Origin: Candidatus Binatia bacterium
Lineage (GTDB): Bacteria; Desulfobacterota; Binatia; UBA9968; CAXXLF01
Direction of reading: 5' to 3'
DNA: 64,000 nucleotides
NCBI GenBank assembly: GCA_963664015.2
Contig: CAXXLF010000002.1
Coordinates: 1,632,001-1,696,000, forward strand
Below, in pieces: positions 42,001 through 49,841 of this stretch. A program made the translations under genes and the position numbers. Positions within the stretch are counted from its first letter, which is position 1; each line of letters begins with the position of its first letter. Under the pieces are notes generated by a model. It was not told the DNA's origin. It searched no databases and worked only from the letters and a program-made list of their open reading frames with translations.

Positions 42001-42180
42001 ACCGGGCAGGCCAAGTTTCTCTCCCCCATGGCTATCTCCGTGGTTTGGGGCCTCTCCTTCGCGACCGTCATAACACTCATTCTCATCCCCTGTCTCTACG
42101 CCATATTGGACGACCTGGCTCACCGTTTGAAACCCCTGTTGGTCCACCTCGGGCCCCCCCCCACCCCCACCAGCTCCTAA
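39085..42180 (+). CDS. RND efflux permease (AcrB/AcrD/AcrF family)
   Basis: 1031 aa; GLLVDDAVIVTEN, GVVVNDSLIL, RLRPILLTT. Confidence 0.95.
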   Translation: MKGLAEFSVNNRVIVNLLTLLVIGAGTLAYFRMPREMFPEFSRQAVRIVTEYRGASPEEMEQLITAKIEEEVAQIDHLEELLSVSQEGRSEILVKFQPDTAMSQALSDVRGALDNVTELPDEAEKPRVGEVKSSFPVMTVSLAGDIDEATLRDLAKDLRDDLRRLPGVGAVRMLGIRERQMWVEVDPQRLDQYGLSLEDLRVAIASHNRNVPGGTLKTARGEIILRTLGEAEGVRDVERVILRTQATGYPLTVGDVARVRETFQDATTMGRFKGQPAINLVVVKERQGDAIDISARVRNLVEELRPRLPETVTLGVYNDFSIFIRNRINTLRWSGVIGLLIVLATLWIFVRTRIALLTGLGIPFAMLGAILLMSLYGISINMISLFSLILVLGLLVDDAVIVTENVYRYVEDGMDPHQAAIRGTSEVTWPVVATVLTTVSAFIPLALLPGTMGVFLGPIPLVVSFALIASLFEVLLILPSHLSDLITSGYARKVRLKEQAWLTWMRKTYGSILARALRWRYVTTVLLLCITIALIATAFHRIPFVLFREFESPQFFINFETSTAAKIEDTLEVAKKAEQVVLRLPRSELKSLATNVGVTFLDVHRAERGPNQAQLVVELEDERQRTTEEVIAELREGLAKIPGITKIQFLKLQGGPVGPAIETRVVGEEMSVLRKISEILKSFLERTAGVRDVRDDYTEGKEELQITLRPEARVLGLDLGEIARQVQQGFLGVEASTIQRRDEDVPILIRFSEAARSSLETVANMKLTLASGQRVFLRDVAILDSAVGASKIRRDDQKRAITVLADVDNRKTTVFQVTERLKKRFRDIEAQFPGYRVIVKGERQEFEESIASLPHISLIALFLIYFILGSLFKSFVQPLIVMAAIPFAVDGVVIGHLIMGEPLSFLSIMGLIALAGVVVNDSLILVDFINRSRSEGMPRDQAILTSGIARLRPILLTTVTTVGGLIPLAFFSTGQAKFLSPMAISVVWGLSFATVITLILIPCLYAILDDLAHRLKPLLVHLGPPPTPTSS

Positions 42181-42204
42181 ATCAACCGGCACGGCCAAGC
42201 AGCC

Positions 42205-42660
42205 TGCATAAAAGCGCAAACCGCATGGCGCTTTGCGCAAAGCGTCATGACAATTAACGGCAGATTTTCGCTGATTATCGCAGATACGGATTCGGATATT
42301 TCACCGCAGAGATCGCAGAGAGCCGGAGGTAAGAGATCAGAAGTCAGAAATACTGTAAGCAGTATGCAGCAGAAACATTGCTAAGGACAGAATGCAATTA
42401 TTGTTTTGTTTGTCGGGAGACGACGACAAACAAAAAGGTGAGCACTTTTGCCCAATGGTCGTCTCCCGATTGGGCAAATATCCTTATCTTTACGAGCTTG
42501 GCGTCTTGGCGCGAAAATAGCTTTTCTTTGGTTATCTGTGGATATCTGCGTGTATCTGCGGTTAAAGAATCCGGATCCGAATACTGAGAACTAACAATCC
42601 GGACGCTATGCGGCCTGCGGTCCAGGCTGCCTACTGCAAACTGCCCACTGTCTTTCTCTT
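42205..42660. repeat. Composite intergenic repeat, locus D
   Basis: Opening arm 42255-42285 and closing arm 42534-42563 enclose a CGCAGAGA arm, heptamers, the twin hairpins 42404-42435 and 42447-42478, and a CTTGGCG arm; right flank AAGAATCCGGATCCGAATACTGAGAACT shared with A/B. Confidence 0.9.
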
Positions 42661-42723
42661 CCCCTCAGGGCTGACAACGTGGGGAGATTTGAGCTCCCCA
42701 CAGGATTGTGTATGATGGGCAAG

Positions 42724-42924
42724 ATGGATAAAATCGAACCCCTAAAAGATCACGTGGCGCTCGCCCGCTTCGCCCCGGGGGACAAGATCAGGTTTGGGGG
42801 CAAGACCTGCACCATTTGGAGCAAGACCACCCTCGCCTCCGGCGAGCCCGCCGTGGTCTTGCAGGGTGAAGGCAAACAGTTTGTCGTTCACGCCGCAGAG
42901 TTTCTCGAAGCGGTGAAAAACTAA
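42724..42924 (+). CDS. Small hypothetical protein (about 66 aa, beta-rich)
   Basis: Open frame ending 21 nt before the next gene; TATGAT 7 nt upstream of ATG. Confidence 0.55.
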   Translation: MDKIEPLKDHVALARFAPGDKIRFGGKTCTIWSKTTLASGEPAVVLQGEGKQFVVHAAEFLEAVKN

Positions 42925-42945
42925 GGTCTGAAAGACGAGGAAACC

Positions 42946-43938
42946 ATGGGACAAGTTCATCTGACACTAGCGTGCTGGGACTACGATCGAACCCGTCCCC
43001 TACAAGAGGGAAGGGCCCCCGTCGAAGGGGTTGATCTAACCTACTTACCCCTGCGGGTCGAAGAGACCTTTTGGCGCATGCTGCGCTATCAGGATTTTGA
43101 CGCCGCCGAGTTATCTATGGGGTCTTATCTAATGGCCCGGGATAAAGGACATCCCCGACTGATTGCCATTCCCGTGTTTCCGTCGCGGGCCTTTCGCCAT
43201 TCCTGCATCTATATCAATACGGGATCGGGCATCCATGATCCGAAAGACCTCGTGGGAAAGCGCGTTGGCGTGCCCGAGTATCAAATCACGATGGCGATCT
43301 GGGCGCGGGGGATTCTAGAGCATGAGTACGGGGTTAAACCGGAACAAATGAAGTGGTTCACCGGCGGCGAGGAGCAGCCCGGCCGGGTGGAAAAGCTCAG
43401 ACCGGATTTACCGAAGAACATCGACATTTGTGCGATTAGCCCGGAACAGACTCTCTCATCCATGTTGGAACGGGGAGAGATCGATGCCATGATTTCAGCC
43501 CACATACCTTCCCCTTTCGTACGGCGGTCGCCGAAGGTAGGCCGGCTGATTCCCAACTATCGCCAGGTCGAGGCCGACTACTTCCGCAAAACCGGCATCT
43601 TCCCGATCATGCACACGGTGGCACTACGCGAAGAGTTCTACGAGAAAAACCCCTGGGTGGCGCAGAGCCTGGTCAAGGCATTTGTCGAATCCATGCAGCT
43701 GTGCCAAGCATCCATGTACGAGTTCTCCGCTCTAAAGTATATGATGGCCTGGTCCATCGCTCAGATGGAGGAGGAAAGGGAACTCATGGGGGAAGATGCA
43801 TGGACCTATGGGCTGGAACCCAACCGGCATGTCTTGGAAACCCTTGTCCAGTATGCCCATGAACAGGGCCTGATCAAGAAGCGGCTGGAGGTAGGCGAAT
43901 TGTTTGCCCCCAATACCCTTGAGGATTTCAAGATTTGA
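42946..43938 (+). CDS. 4,5-dihydroxyphthalate decarboxylase-like / PBP2-fold protein
   Basis: LACWDYDRTRPL, FDAAELSM, AIPVFPSRAFRHS, VGVPEYQIT, TGIFPIMH. Confidence 0.82.
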   Translation: MGQVHLTLACWDYDRTRPLQEGRAPVEGVDLTYLPLRVEETFWRMLRYQDFDAAELSMGSYLMARDKGHPRLIAIPVFPSRAFRHSCIYINTGSGIHDPKDLVGKRVGVPEYQITMAIWARGILEHEYGVKPEQMKWFTGGEEQPGRVEKLRPDLPKNIDICAISPEQTLSSMLERGEIDAMISAHIPSPFVRRSPKVGRLIPNYRQVEADYFRKTGIFPIMHTVALREEFYEKNPWVAQSLVKAFVESMQLCQASMYEFSALKYMMAWSIAQMEEERELMGEDAWTYGLEPNRHVLETLVQYAHEQGLIKKRLEVGELFAPNTLEDFKI

Positions 43939-44009
43939 TCGCCGAGTGATCGCCAGACCCTTAATTCGGGTCAGGCGACAGTTCATTGGATTCAACAATT
44001 TAGGTAAAA

Positions 44010-44540
44010 ATGGCAGAAAATAAAGAAAACACCCCCGAGGAAATCAAGTGGTGGATTGAGCGCGGTCCCGTCAGGGAGAGAGAGAAAAAGAACGAGCCCC
44101 TCGGCGGGATTATCGAAAAGTGGGCTTATGAACTCCTTAAGGACTACAGCCAGGAGCAGGCCCTCAAGAGCGTTGCCGGCATCAATCAGCGGATTTTCAA
44201 GGACCTATCGGTAGCGCCCGGCGAATGGGGTTACCAGTCCCTCGATATTGGCAAATTCCACCCGGGCCGGCTGGCCAAGATCAAAGAAGTGCTCAAGCTA
44301 CCTCCCAACGCCAGGGCCCTGGTCATCGATGCTGCTTTTTCGGTGAGGATCCTCATCACCGGCGACCCCATCGGCGAGAGGGTCCTCGATCTCAACTTCA
44401 CCCCGCACCCTTCCATGGATTACTGGATCAAAGGCGAACTTGTGGAAGAACAGCTCTTTTCCGGCCTGGATCAGGCCTTGAGAAAACTGCGGCCGTTATT
44501 GAACCGCTACCTGGAGACTCCCCCAGAAGATCAGTATTAG
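44010..44540 (+). CDS. Hypothetical protein
   Basis: 176-aa ORF with typical codon usage; no recognised motif. Confidence 0.65.
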   Translation: MAENKENTPEEIKWWIERGPVREREKKNEPLGGIIEKWAYELLKDYSQEQALKSVAGINQRIFKDLSVAPGEWGYQSLDIGKFHPGRLAKIKEVLKLPPNARALVIDAAFSVRILITGDPIGERVLDLNFTPHPSMDYWIKGELVEEQLFSGLDQALRKLRPLLNRYLETPPEDQY

Positions 44541-44565
44541 CTATTGGGTATAATTAGACGAAAGT

Positions 44566-45705
44566 TTAAGCCTGCTGTTCCCGCGTTTCGGAACGTCGGT
44601 CATCCTTGGAACCCAACGGCACCGATGCGGTGACTTCCATACCGTACCCCGAAAGGGCAACGAGATTCTTGGGATTGTTGGTGAGCAGACGCATCTTTCG
44701 CACCCCCAGGTCTCTCAGGATCTGAGCGCCGATCCCATATTCCATGAAATCCCTATCATCCCCTTTCCTCCGATCCAGGGGCCCCATTTCTTTACCCTCA
44801 ACCTGTAGATACAGGATTACCCCCTTGCCCTCTTTGGCAATGATCTCCATGGAGCGGTGGATGACCCAGCGAGAATCGGGGGACGGAGAACCAGGAGAGG
44901 CAAGGCTTACCTCAAAAACGTCCCCGGCCACGTATTTGGACTGCACCCGCACCAGGGTTTCCTCATCGGGAGACAGCTCACCCTTGACCAGGGCCAGGTG
45001 CTCGCTGCCATCCACATGGGTGTTATAAACCACCGCGTCGACCACTCCTCCGGATCGAGTGGGAAGCTTAGCGGATGCGGCCCGGTAAACAAGACTGTCG
45101 CACTTGAGCCGGTACTGAATCAGATCGGGCACCGTACACAACTTCAACCCATGTTCCTCGGAAAAGGCCTCGAGATCGGGGAGCCGCGCCATCGTACCGT
45201 CATCCTTCATGACCTCGCAGATCACCCCGGACGGCTTCAAACCAGCCAAACGTGCCAGGTCCACGGACCCCTCGGTTTGACCGGCACGGACGAGGACACC
45301 GCCTTTCTTTGCCTGGAGCGGGAAGATATGCCCCGGGGTAACGATCTTACCTGCGTCCGCGGCATCGCCAATGGCGGCGAGAATGGTATAGGCCCGATCC
45401 GCCGCTGATATCCCTGTGGTGATGTTTTCCGCGGCATCGATGGTAATGGTAAAGGCCGTACCATAGGGGGAGGTATTATCGGCAACCATCATGGACAAGC
45501 CGAGCTTGGCTATATCTTCCTCGATCATGGGCAAGCAGATGAGACCCCGGCCATAGCGGGCCATAAAGTTGATGGCATCAGGGGTCACTTTCTCCGCTGC
45601 CATGCATAGATCCCCTTCGTTTTCACGGTTTTTGTCGTCCATCAGGACGACCATCCGGCCCTCGCGGATATCTTCGATAGCCTCTTCGATAGTCACTATT
45701 GCCAT
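44566..45705 (-). CDS. ribB: DHBP synthase with degenerate GTP cyclohydrolase II domain (RibBX-like)
   Basis: [34 protein letters not shown]; C-domain ends [12 protein letters not shown] but lacks the Zn-binding cysteines. Confidence 0.9.
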   Translation of the reverse strand: MAIVTIEEAIEDIREGRMVVLMDDKNRENEGDLCMAAEKVTPDAINFMARYGRGLICLPMIEEDIAKLGLSMMVADNTSPYGTAFTITIDAAENITTGISAADRAYTILAAIGDAADAGKIVTPGHIFPLQAKKGGVLVRAGQTEGSVDLARLAGLKPSGVICEVMKDDGTMARLPDLEAFSEEHGLKLCTVPDLIQYRLKCDSLVYRAASAKLPTRSGGVVDAVVYNTHVDGSEHLALVKGELSPDEETLVRVQSKYVAGDVFEVSLASPGSPSPDSRWVIHRSMEIIAKEGKGVILYLQVEGKEMGPLDRRKGDDRDFMEYGIGAQILRDLGVRKMRLLTNNPKNLVALSGYGMEVTASVPLGSKDDRRSETREQQA

Positions 45706-45754
45706 GGGAGTTCACTTTACCACGCCACCCCGGTACGTCAACAACGCCTGGGGG

Positions 45755-46135
45755 GGGAGAGTAAGACAGTAGGCCGTTTGCAGTAGGCAGTAAGAAAGCT
45801 AAGTGCTAGGAGGAGAGCCTTTAGAGCAATTAACCGCAGATTTTCGCTGATTATCGCAGATGCAGATTCGGATATCTCACCGCAGAGACGTTTTTCGACT
45901 GTGCACGGGACTGAGGGAAGAGTTTTTGCCCAATCGGGAGACGACGATTGGGCAAAAGGCCTCGCTTTCAAAAGCAGTATCTTTTTGTTTGTCGTCGTCT
46001 CCCGACAAACAAATAATATTTGTGTTCTGTTCTTAGCACTGTTCCTGCTGCCCATTGCATACTGCTTACTGTCTTTTGAATTGCTGCCTCCTGCCTACTG
46101 CCCACTATCTTAATTTCCGCGCAATGCGCTTTGCA
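45755..46135. repeat. Composite intergenic repeat, locus E
   Basis: Heptamer arm plus opening arm (45760-45861) matching B inverted and D direct; twin hairpins 45924-45957 and 45984-46013 inverted relative to D; inverse heptamer arms to about 46110. Confidence 0.9.
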
Positions 46136-46150
46136 CATGGTCGGTGTCAG

Positions 46151-46179
46151 TTGACCCTGTGGGTGCGCTCTACTATAGT
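46151..46179 (+). promoter_or_regulatory. Sigma70-like promoter of ispG (possibly leaderless)
   Basis: TTGACC-N17-TATAGT ending 6 nt before the GTG start. Confidence 0.6.
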
Positions 46180-46185
46180 TGAGGG

Positions 46186-47283
46186 GTGTTCGAACGGAGA
46201 ATAACTCGCCCGCTTGAAATCGGGAAGGTAAAAATCGGCGGTGCCGCGCCGATTCCGGTCCAGTCGATGACGAAGACGGACACTCGCGATGTGCAGGCGA
46301 CCGTGCATCAGATCTGGGCCCTGGAGGCCGCCGGTTGTGAGCTGATCAGAGTCGCGGTTCCCGTACGTGAGGCGGCCGAGCAGCTTGCCGAAATCAAACA
46401 AAAAATCCGCATCCCCCTGATCGCCGATATTCATTTCAATTACAAGCTGGCCCTCATCGCGCTGGAGCAAGGAGTCGACGGCTTGAGGCTCAATCCAGGA
46501 AACATTGGTGCCCGCCATCTGATCGAAGAGGTCGTCAAGCTCGCCTCCGAGCGCAGGGTCCCAATCCGCATCGGTGTTAACGGCGGTTCCCTCGAGAAGG
46601 ATCTTCTAAACAAGTATGGCGGCCCTACGGCTGAGGGAATGGTCGAGAGTGCCTTGCGGCATATTAGGATATTGGAAGACGTTGGCTACAACGAGATCAA
46701 GGTCTCTCTGAAGGCCTCGGATCCCATGATGATGATCCAGGCTTATCGCATGCTCGCAGACAAAACCGAATATCCGTTTCACCTTGGCGTGACCGAGGCC
46801 GGCACCCCCAGCATGGGGACCATCAAGTCCACCGTGGGGATCGGAACGCTTTTGGCGGAAGGAATCGGGGATACCATTCGGGTTTCTCTGGCAGCGGACC
46901 CGGTTGAGGAGATCCGTGTCGGCATTGAGATCCTCAAGGCCCTGGGCCTGCGTAAACACGGGTATACCTTTGTTGCCTGCCCCTCCTGTGGCCGCGCCGA
47001 TATCGACCTGGTAGCCCTGGCCAAGGAAGTGGAGCAGCGTATGTTGCCCTATAGCAATAAGGATATCCACGTGGCCGTCATGGGCTGTGAAGTGAACGGA
47101 CCGGGGGAGGCCCGGGGCGCGGATATCGGCGTGGCCGGCGGAAAAGGTATTGGTTTGATCTTTAAAAAAGGTCAAATCATTCGGAAGGTCCCTGAAGCGC
47201 AAATTGTGGAAACCCTGATGGAAGAGGTGGAAAATTTGGTGGCCGAGAAGGAGGCCGTAGGCCAAGCGGTTGACCAGGATTAG
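46186..47283 (+). CDS. ispG: (E)-4-hydroxy-3-methylbut-2-enyl-diphosphate synthase
   Basis: VQSMT, ADIHF, RLNPGNIG, HLGVTEAG, CPSCGR, MGCEVNGPGE. Confidence 0.97.
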   Translation: MFERRITRPLEIGKVKIGGAAPIPVQSMTKTDTRDVQATVHQIWALEAAGCELIRVAVPVREAAEQLAEIKQKIRIPLIADIHFNYKLALIALEQGVDGLRLNPGNIGARHLIEEVVKLASERRVPIRIGVNGGSLEKDLLNKYGGPTAEGMVESALRHIRILEDVGYNEIKVSLKASDPMMMIQAYRMLADKTEYPFHLGVTEAGTPSMGTIKSTVGIGTLLAEGIGDTIRVSLAADPVEEIRVGIEILKALGLRKHGYTFVACPSCGRADIDLVALAKEVEQRMLPYSNKDIHVAVMGCEVNGPGEARGADIGVAGGKGIGLIFKKGQIIRKVPEAQIVETLMEEVENLVAEKEAVGQAVDQD

Positions 47284-47325
47284 CTGCTTCATTGACTCAC
47301 TCAAGCCCCCGGCAAAATAGATCCC

Positions 47326-49050
47326 GTGCGCTGGAACACAACTTTTATCCCTACCCTTAAAGAGGACCCGGCGGATGCCGAAGTCGTCAGCCACAAGCTC
47401 CTGGTCCGTGCCGGAATGATCCGTCAGGTAACCCGCGGCGTGTACGACTATCTGCCCCTGGGCCTCAGGGTCATTCGCAAGACGGAGGCGATCGTACGAG
47501 AGGAAATGAATCGGGCTGGGGCCCAGGAGCTCCTGCTGCCTTTTACCTCGCCTGCCGAACTGTGGCGTGAGAGCGGTCGCTGGGACGTCTACGGTAAGGA
47601 GCTGCTTCGGCTCAAAGACCGCCATGAAAGGGACTTCTGCCTCGCACCGACTCATGAGGAGGTCATTACGGACCTGATCCGCCGAGAGGTGCGCTCCTAC
47701 CGGGAGCTCCCGTTTAACCTGTATCAGCTCCAGACCAAGTTTCGCGACGAAGTGCGCCCGCGCTTCGGCCTCATGCGGGGTCGCGAGTTCATCATGAAGG
47801 ACGCCTACAGCTTCCACGCGGATATGGACGACTGCCGCCGCGAGTATCAGAATATGTTCGAAACCTACAACCGGATCTTTAGCCGGTGTGGTTTAAAATT
47901 TCGCCCCGTAGAGGCGGATACGGGGGCCATCGGCGGAACCCTTTCCCATGAATTTCAGGTCCTGGCCGAATCCGGAGAAGACGCCCTGGTGACGTGCCAG
48001 AGTTGCAATTATGCGGCTAACGTTCAAACAGCGGAGAACCGGCACCTTCAGCCGGCGACACGGGGACAGGAAAAGACGACGCCTATTAAAAAGGTAAGTA
48101 CGCCGAGAAAGAAGAGCGTTCCCGACGTTGCTCGGTTTCTCAAGCTCCCCACCGACCGATTCATCAAGACCCTGATCTACAAAGTCGACGGGAAGGAACT
48201 GGTGGCCGTTTTGCTGCGCGGCGACCATGAGATGAACGAACTCAAATTACAGAAGTTCCTCGCGTGCGATGAAGTGTCACTCGCAGACGAAGGCGAGGTC
48301 CAGTCAAAGACCGGACTGGTTCCGGGTTTCCTGGGTCCAGTCGGTCTTAAACTAAAAATCGTAGCCGACCATGCAGTTGAGGGGATGCAAGGGGCAGTCA
48401 CCGGTGCCAACCAGGCCGATCACCATCTCGTCGAGGTCGATCAGGCAAGGGACTTTACGGTATCGGCCTATGCAGATCTCAGAACCGCCATGCCCGGCGA
48501 CGCCTGTCCCCGGTGCGACAGCGGTAAGCTCGAACGCTACCGGGGAATCGAAGTCGGGCAGATCTTTTACCTGGGGACCAAATACAGCGAGGTCATGAAG
48601 GCCAAGTTTCTCGACGCCGAGGGAAAAGAACGGCCTATCGAAATGGGCTGCTACGGGATCGGCATTACCCGTCTCATGGCCGCAGCCATTGAGCAGAACC
48701 ACGATGAGAACGGGATCATCTGGTCCATGCCCCTGGCTCCGTTTCAAGTTATCCTGCTTCCGATTAACTACAAAGACAAGGCCATCCAGGAGGCCGCGGA
48801 TACCCTATACAACGAATTGCTTGAAAAAGGGATCGAGGTTCTGCTGGATGACCGTGACGAGCGCCCTGGAGTCAAATTCAAGGACGCCGATCTCATCGGA
48901 ATCCCCCTACGCGTTACCATAGGGGCCAAAGGGCTGCAGAAGGGAAGTGTCGAGGTACGCCGTCGGTCCGTTGGAGAAACGACCGACGTTGCCCTGGCCG
49001 AAACCGTGGCCCAGATTCAATCCATGGTTGCCGAAGGCCTGAAGAGCTGA
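47326..49050 (+). CDS. proS: Proline--tRNA ligase with editing insertion
   Basis: LAPTHEE, KFRDEVRPRFGLMRGREF, GIEVGQIF, MGCYGIG, LDDRDERPGVKF. Confidence 0.97.
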   Translation: MRWNTTFIPTLKEDPADAEVVSHKLLVRAGMIRQVTRGVYDYLPLGLRVIRKTEAIVREEMNRAGAQELLLPFTSPAELWRESGRWDVYGKELLRLKDRHERDFCLAPTHEEVITDLIRREVRSYRELPFNLYQLQTKFRDEVRPRFGLMRGREFIMKDAYSFHADMDDCRREYQNMFETYNRIFSRCGLKFRPVEADTGAIGGTLSHEFQVLAESGEDALVTCQSCNYAANVQTAENRHLQPATRGQEKTTPIKKVSTPRKKSVPDVARFLKLPTDRFIKTLIYKVDGKELVAVLLRGDHEMNELKLQKFLACDEVSLADEGEVQSKTGLVPGFLGPVGLKLKIVADHAVEGMQGAVTGANQADHHLVEVDQARDFTVSAYADLRTAMPGDACPRCDSGKLERYRGIEVGQIFYLGTKYSEVMKAKFLDAEGKERPIEMGCYGIGITRLMAAAIEQNHDENGIIWSMPLAPFQVILLPINYKDKAIQEAADTLYNELLEKGIEVLLDDRDERPGVKFKDADLIGIPLRVTIGAKGLQKGSVEVRRRSVGETTDVALAETVAQIQSMVAEGLKS

Positions 49051-49054
49051 CGCG

Positions 49055-49819
49055 ATGGCCTCGAACCCAGATGCCGTCGTGTTGCCTGTTTCAATGAAGG
49101 AAAAACTGATCCTGGCCTTGGACGTCGACGATCTGGAACCGGTCAAACGGCTCGTCGGCTTACTATCCGGCCAGGTAGAGTTGTTCAAGATCGGCAAGCA
49201 GCTATTCGTCCATGCCGGCCCGTCTGTAGTCAAGCTCATCCGTGACCAGGGCGGCGAAGTCTTCCTGGATCTCAAATTTCACGATATTCCCAACACCGTG
49301 TCCAAGGCCGCCGTCGAGGCCACCCGCCTCGGCGTGAGGATGTTTAATCTCCACGCCTCGGGCGGTCTGGAGATGATGCGCCAGACCGTTGAGGCCGTGC
49401 ATGATATCGGCAGCAAGGCAAAGCTCCGTCGTCCCATCCTCTTAGGAGTAACCGTTCTAACCAGTCTCGACCAGGAGGACCTCACCCGGATAGGCGTAAC
49501 GGCAAAGGTTACCGATCAAGTCGTGCGACTGGCGACCCTATGCCAGGAAGCGGGGATGGACGGCGTAGTGGCATCGCCCCGAGAGGTCAGTTTGATCCGC
49601 TCCGCCTGCGGCCCTCGCTTCACGATCGTTTGCCCCGGCATTCGCCCTCAAGGCAAGGCGCAGGCCGATCAAAAAAGGGTGATGACGCCAGGAGAGGCCA
49701 TTCGCACCGGTGCAGATTATATCGTCGTCGGCCGTCCCATCACGGAGGCGAAAGATCCGCTGGCGGCATCCAGAGAGATCGTCGCGGAAATGGTACAGGC
49801 CGCCAATACGGACCATTGA
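49055..49819 (+). CDS. pyrF: Orotidine-5'-phosphate decarboxylase
   Basis: LALD, FLDLKFHDIPNT, VTVLTS, PGIRP, VVGRPI; start may be ATG 49094. Confidence 0.96.
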   Translation: MASNPDAVVLPVSMKEKLILALDVDDLEPVKRLVGLLSGQVELFKIGKQLFVHAGPSVVKLIRDQGGEVFLDLKFHDIPNTVSKAAVEATRLGVRMFNLHASGGLEMMRQTVEAVHDIGSKAKLRRPILLGVTVLTSLDQEDLTRIGVTAKVTDQVVRLATLCQEAGMDGVVASPREVSLIRSACGPRFTIVCPGIRPQGKAQADQKRVMTPGEAIRTGADYIVVGRPITEAKDPLAASREIVAEMVQAANTDH

Positions 49820-49841
49820 GGCACGGACCAGTGAAATAATC

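Noticed and set aside
42154-42170. C-rich tract at the end of the RND gene as a phase-variation site
   Set aside because: It lies in the last codons after the final TM helix, so slippage would alter only the tail
42378-42587. Short ORFs sharing FVCRETTTNKK...FAQ.SSPDWA (also 45738-46055 minus; similar short ORFs at 2528-2728 and 50725-50922)
   Set aside because: They are translations of the DNA repeat modules; no RBS or consistent start/stop between copies
42679-42701. Hairpin GTGGGGAG-N7-CTCCCCAC as a terminator
   Set aside because: No U-tract, and it overlaps the likely promoter of the 42724 ORF; role unclear
46606-47817. 403-aa minus-strand ORF
   Set aside because: Antisense shadow of ispG/proS with no recognisable motifs
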